Assembly (NCBI GenBank): GCA_044373535.1 | Contig: JBILQA010000001.1 | Location: 1 to 48,891, forward strand | Reading direction: 5' to 3' | Origin: Akkermansiaceae bacterium | Lineage (GTDB): Bacteria; Verrucomicrobiota; Verrucomicrobiia; Verrucomicrobiales; Akkermansiaceae | Length of the DNA stretch: 48,891 nt | In this document: positions 46,203 to 48,891 of the stretch, piece after piece | Layout: each line of letters starts with the position of its first letter | Position numbering within the stretch: the stretch's first letter is position 1 | Made by a program: the position numbers and the translations under genes | The notes under the pieces: generated by a model | Seen by the model: the letters and a program-made list of their open reading frames with translations, nothing else | Told to the model about the DNA's origin: nothing | The model's database searches: none

Positions 46203-46231
46203 CCACTACCTAAGCGCCTTTGGCCCTTCTG

Positions 46232-47092
46232 TCAGCCTGTTTCCGCCCCGGCGGCAGAAATCCCGTGGAGAATCGCCTCGGTCATGCGCAGCGCCTCGAC
46301 GTTGCGCCGCACTTCATGCACACGGTGGATCCTTACCCCGGCCTCACGGCCCCAGGCCGTGAGGGCCACCGTCGGCCACTCCCGCTGGTCCATCGCCAAA
46401 TCCCCGAGGACCTTCCCGATGAACGATTTCCTCGATACGCCCAACAACAACGGCCGCCCGTCCACCGGCAATCGGCCGAGGTGGCGCAGGAGTGCTAGGT
46501 TGTGCTCAACGGTTTTGCCGAAGCCGATGCCGGGATCATAACACAGCGCGGCTGGGTCGATCCCCGCGGCTGTGAGCGTGGTGTGGCGTTCATGGAAGAA
46601 CCCGGCGACCTCGCCGACGACGTCGGTATAATGCGGGTCCTGCTGCATGCTGCGTGGCTCGCCGCGCATGTGCATGATGACGACGCCGCAGCGCGCTTGG
46701 CGGCAAACGTCGACCATTCGGTCATCGCGCAAGCCGGTGACATCGTTGACGATGTCGGCCCCGGCGGCAAGTGCGGCGCGGGCAACTTCGGCCTTTGAGG
46801 TGTCAATCGAGATGAGCACCTCGGAACCCTCGCGCAGAGCGGCGATGAGCGGCAGCACGCGGGCCATCTCCTCCTCGGCGCTCACTGGAGCGGCTCCCGG
46901 GCGGGTTGACTCGCCGCCGATGTCGAGAATCTCCGCGCCTTGGGCGATCATTTCCCGGGCGTGCTGCAAGCCCGCCGCCAGAGTCCAATGCCTCCCGCCA
47001 TCGGAAAACGAGTCAGGTGTGGCATTGAGAATCCCCATGACCACCCCGCGGCGCGTGAGATCAAGGGAACGGCGGCGATTCGTCCAGCGCAT
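46232..47092 (-). CDS. folP: dihydropteroate synthase
   Basis: Start at the internal ATG (MRWTNRRRSLDL). VMGILNATPDSFSDGG, DIGGESTRPG, NDVTG, DPGIGFGK, and GVSRKSFIG. Confidence 0.93.
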   Translation of the reverse strand: MRWTNRRRSLDLTRRGVVMGILNATPDSFSDGGRHWTLAAGLQHAREMIAQGAEILDIGGESTRPGAAPVSAEEEMARVLPLIAALREGSEVLISIDTSKAEVARAALAAGADIVNDVTGLRDDRMVDVCRQARCGVVIMHMRGEPRSMQQDPHYTDVVGEVAGFFHERHTTLTAAGIDPAALCYDPGIGFGKTVEHNLALLRHLGRLPVDGRPLLLGVSRKSFIGKVLGDLAMDQREWPTVALTAWGREAGVRIHRVHEVRRNVEALRMTEAILHGISAAGAETG

Positions 47093-47195
47093 GGCGCCAC
47101 TCTGCAACCATGATGCGCCGCCCGGCGACACCGAAATCCGCTGCGGAAACTGCCGTCTTGCGCCGGCCAGCCGCGCCCGGTAGCCTTGGCCAATC

Positions 47196-47798
47196 ATGAA
47201 TCTGGCGCGGAATTTCCTTTTGCTCGTCACCGTCGCCCTTGGTTTGGCGGGCGCCGACGCGTCCGCCCAGAGCGCTCCGGACAGCAAGACCGGGTGGGAG
47301 TCCAACGGTCCGTTTGTCCGTATCCAGCGTGGCGAGGATGGCTCGCGCACCGAGTTTAAGCGCGAGCCGAACAACCGCGTGCTGACCAAGCGCACCTTCT
47401 CTGTTGGCGGCTCGCTGGAAGTGCGCACCGAATACCGCATGGACGAGCACGGCAACCCACGCTCATGCCGGATCTTTGACGGCCAAGGCAATGAGCTCTT
47501 CAAGGTGCGCTACGGCTATGACCGCACCACGGGCCTGCTCATGGAGGAGCAGATGTTCAGCTCTCAGGTGAAGCACATCAATCCGGCCGACAAACAGGAG
47601 ATGCCGGTGCGCCGCTTCATTTACAGCTATGATGCCAACGGCCAGCGCAGCAAGCCGGTTGCCATCGTCCTGATTGCTGGCAAATACGCCGAGGACCTTT
47701 ACGGCGCCCCGTCCGCCCTGACGGTCAACCCGTTTGAAAAGGAGATGAAAAAAACCGCCAACCCCGCTGCACGTCCGCTGCGCGGCGGTGGTCGCTAG
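47196..47798 (+). CDS. secreted hypothetical protein with YD/RHS-like repeat motifs
   Basis: Signal peptide MNLARNFLLLVTVALGLAGADASAQ. Repeated YxxD-x-xG motifs (EYRMDEHGNPR, RYGYDRTTGLL, YSYDANGQR). Confidence 0.65.
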   Translation: MNLARNFLLLVTVALGLAGADASAQSAPDSKTGWESNGPFVRIQRGEDGSRTEFKREPNNRVLTKRTFSVGGSLEVRTEYRMDEHGNPRSCRIFDGQGNELFKVRYGYDRTTGLLMEEQMFSSQVKHINPADKQEMPVRRFIYSYDANGQRSKPVAIVLIAGKYAEDLYGAPSALTVNPFEKEMKKTANPAARPLRGGGR

Positions 47799-47857
47799 GC
47801 CCGGGCCTCCCGGCGCTTGCGCCCAGGTGGTTCCGCCTTATTCTTTGCCTACACCGC

Positions 47858-48130
47858 ATGATCTCCCGCCACGTGATTTTCGAAGGCCGCGTCCAGGGCG
47901 TTGGCTTTCGCTACGCCACCAAACAGCTTGCCCGCGGCTTTGACGTCACCGGCTGGGTTCGCAACCTTCCCGACGGCACCGTTGAGCTCCAGCTGCAAGG
48001 CGAACGCGAGGAGGTCGACGGCTTCCTCCATGAGCTCAGCGAGGAGTCCGCTTTGGCCCACCACATCAAAAACATGTGCGTTGAACTCAGCGAGCCGCTC
48101 GCCGAGCTCAGCGGCTTCACCATCCGTTGA
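47858..48130 (+). CDS. acyP: acylphosphatase
   Basis: FEGRVQGVGFRYATKQLARGFDVTGWVRNLPDGTVE. 90 aa. Confidence 0.9.
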   Translation: MISRHVIFEGRVQGVGFRYATKQLARGFDVTGWVRNLPDGTVELQLQGEREEVDGFLHELSEESALAHHIKNMCVELSEPLAELSGFTIR

Positions 48131-48196
48131 TTTTCCGCCAGCCATTGACCCGCCGATCTGGCTGGAATACTTTCCCGTCAATCCGCTCCCATCCAC

Positions 48197-48748
48197 ATGA
48201 ACTTCAGGACCTTCCTTGTTCTCAGCACGTCCCTCACCGTCGCCTTGGGCGCCGTCGCCTTTAGCCAGAAGCCCGCCACCACACCCATGGAAACCGCCTC
48301 ATCCGCCCCTGAGCAGCCGACCGGAAAGGTCGAAAAATCCGCCGAAGAGTGGAAAAAAACCCTCACCCCTGAGCAATTCCGCATCCTGCGCCAAGCCGGC
48401 ACCGAGGCCGCGCACGGCGCCGTCTATGAGGAGTTCAAAAAGCAGGGCGGGGGAACCTACTATTGCGCTGGCTGCAATGCCGAGCTGTTCTCCTCGGCCC
48501 AGAAATTTGATTCGCGCTGCGGCTGGCCGTCGTTCTACGACCCGTCCCAAGCGCAGAACGTCATCACCCGCACCGACCTGTCCGGCGGCGCGGTGCGCAC
48601 CGAGGTCCTCTGCGCCAAGTGTGGCGGCCATCTTGGCCACGTCTTCACCGGCGAGGGATTCGATACGCCCACCGACAAGCGCTACTGCATCAATGGCGTC
48701 GCGCTGAAGTTCGTCCCGGCCAAGGAGCGCGACGCAGAGAAAAAGTAG
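48197..48748 (+). CDS. msrB: peptide-methionine (R)-S-oxide reductase with an N-terminal signal peptide
   Basis: The SelR domain has two CxxC pairs ([19 protein letters not shown]) and the catalytic RYCING. The N-terminus [24 protein letters not shown] looks like a signal peptide. Confidence 0.9.
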   Translation: MNFRTFLVLSTSLTVALGAVAFSQKPATTPMETASSAPEQPTGKVEKSAEEWKKTLTPEQFRILRQAGTEAAHGAVYEEFKKQGGGTYYCAGCNAELFSSAQKFDSRCGWPSFYDPSQAQNVITRTDLSGGAVRTEVLCAKCGGHLGHVFTGEGFDTPTDKRYCINGVALKFVPAKERDAEKK

Positions 48749-48780
48749 CCGCGGCGCGCAAATCAGCTACGCTCGCCGGC

Positions 48781-48891
48781 ATGATCCGTGCACTCCTCCC
48801 AGCCCTATCGTTGTTTCTGGCAAGTCCGCTGGCCGTGGCTGGGCCGCAGGTGTCATTTCGGGATTTCCCCGTCGGTGACGTGGTAACCGTC
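48781..48891 (+). CDS. 5' fragment of a secreted protein (runs off the window)
   Basis: ATG at 48781, then MIRALLPALSLFLASPLAVAGPQ..., which is signal-peptide-like. Open to the window end. Not in the ORF track because it has no stop. Confidence 0.35.
   Translation, partial: MIRALLPALSLFLASPLAVAGPQVSFRDFPVGDVVTV

Overview
High-GC bacterial chromosomal window (by eye about 60-66% GC, with a few more A/T-rich patches). The gene content (exosortase/EpsI, a stand-alone four-helix-bundle gene, weak or absent Shine-Dalgarno sequences) suggests a Verrucomicrobiota/PVC-like diderm, but this is inference only.

Layout:
(1) 1-7.6 kb, housekeeping: prfC, pyrE, a kinase-like hypothetical, glnB, dnaE.
(2) 7.7-39 kb, one long plus-strand surface-glycan/EPS locus.
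- It opens with a translationally coupled winged-helix (MarR/GbsR-like) regulator and a NusG/UpxY-like antiterminator.
- Sugar-nucleotide genes: UDP-xylose synthase; GDP-fucose (fcl, gmd); a second gmd paralogue; a CDP-6-deoxyhexose set (rfbF, rfbG, epimerase, reductase, CmcI-type methyltransferase).
- A PAPS module: cysC, cysD, cysN.
- Assembly genes: Wzx flippase, two Wzy/O-antigen-ligase-like membrane proteins, four GT4, one GT2, one GT26, one fucosyltransferase-like protein, and a priming polyprenyl-phosphate glycosylphosphotransferase.
- A TagD/TagF glycerol-phosphate pair.
(3) 38.9-40.7 kb: a convergent, translationally coupled exosortase-EpsI pair.
(4) 40.7-48.9 kb, housekeeping: prs, rplY, pth, rpsF, ssb, bioD, cdaA, folP, acyP, msrB.

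No rRNA, tRNA, CRISPR array, transposase or integrase was recognised.

Most notable observations:
- A four-helix-bundle (23S rRNA IVS-protein family) ORF is bracketed by a 20-bp fully pairable inverted repeat and inserted exactly in the cysD-cysN junction.
- A TTGTTCA-N8-TGAAC motif is present both upstream of the regulator/antiterminator pair and in the leader of the biosynthetic genes.
- A PAPS-generating module sits in the locus with no recognisable sulfotransferase.
- A nucleotidyltransferase plus small-ORF pair splits fcl from gmd.
- Teichoic-acid-type genes occur in an exosortase-linked glycan locus.

All functional calls come from reading motifs in the supplied translations. No database search was run.
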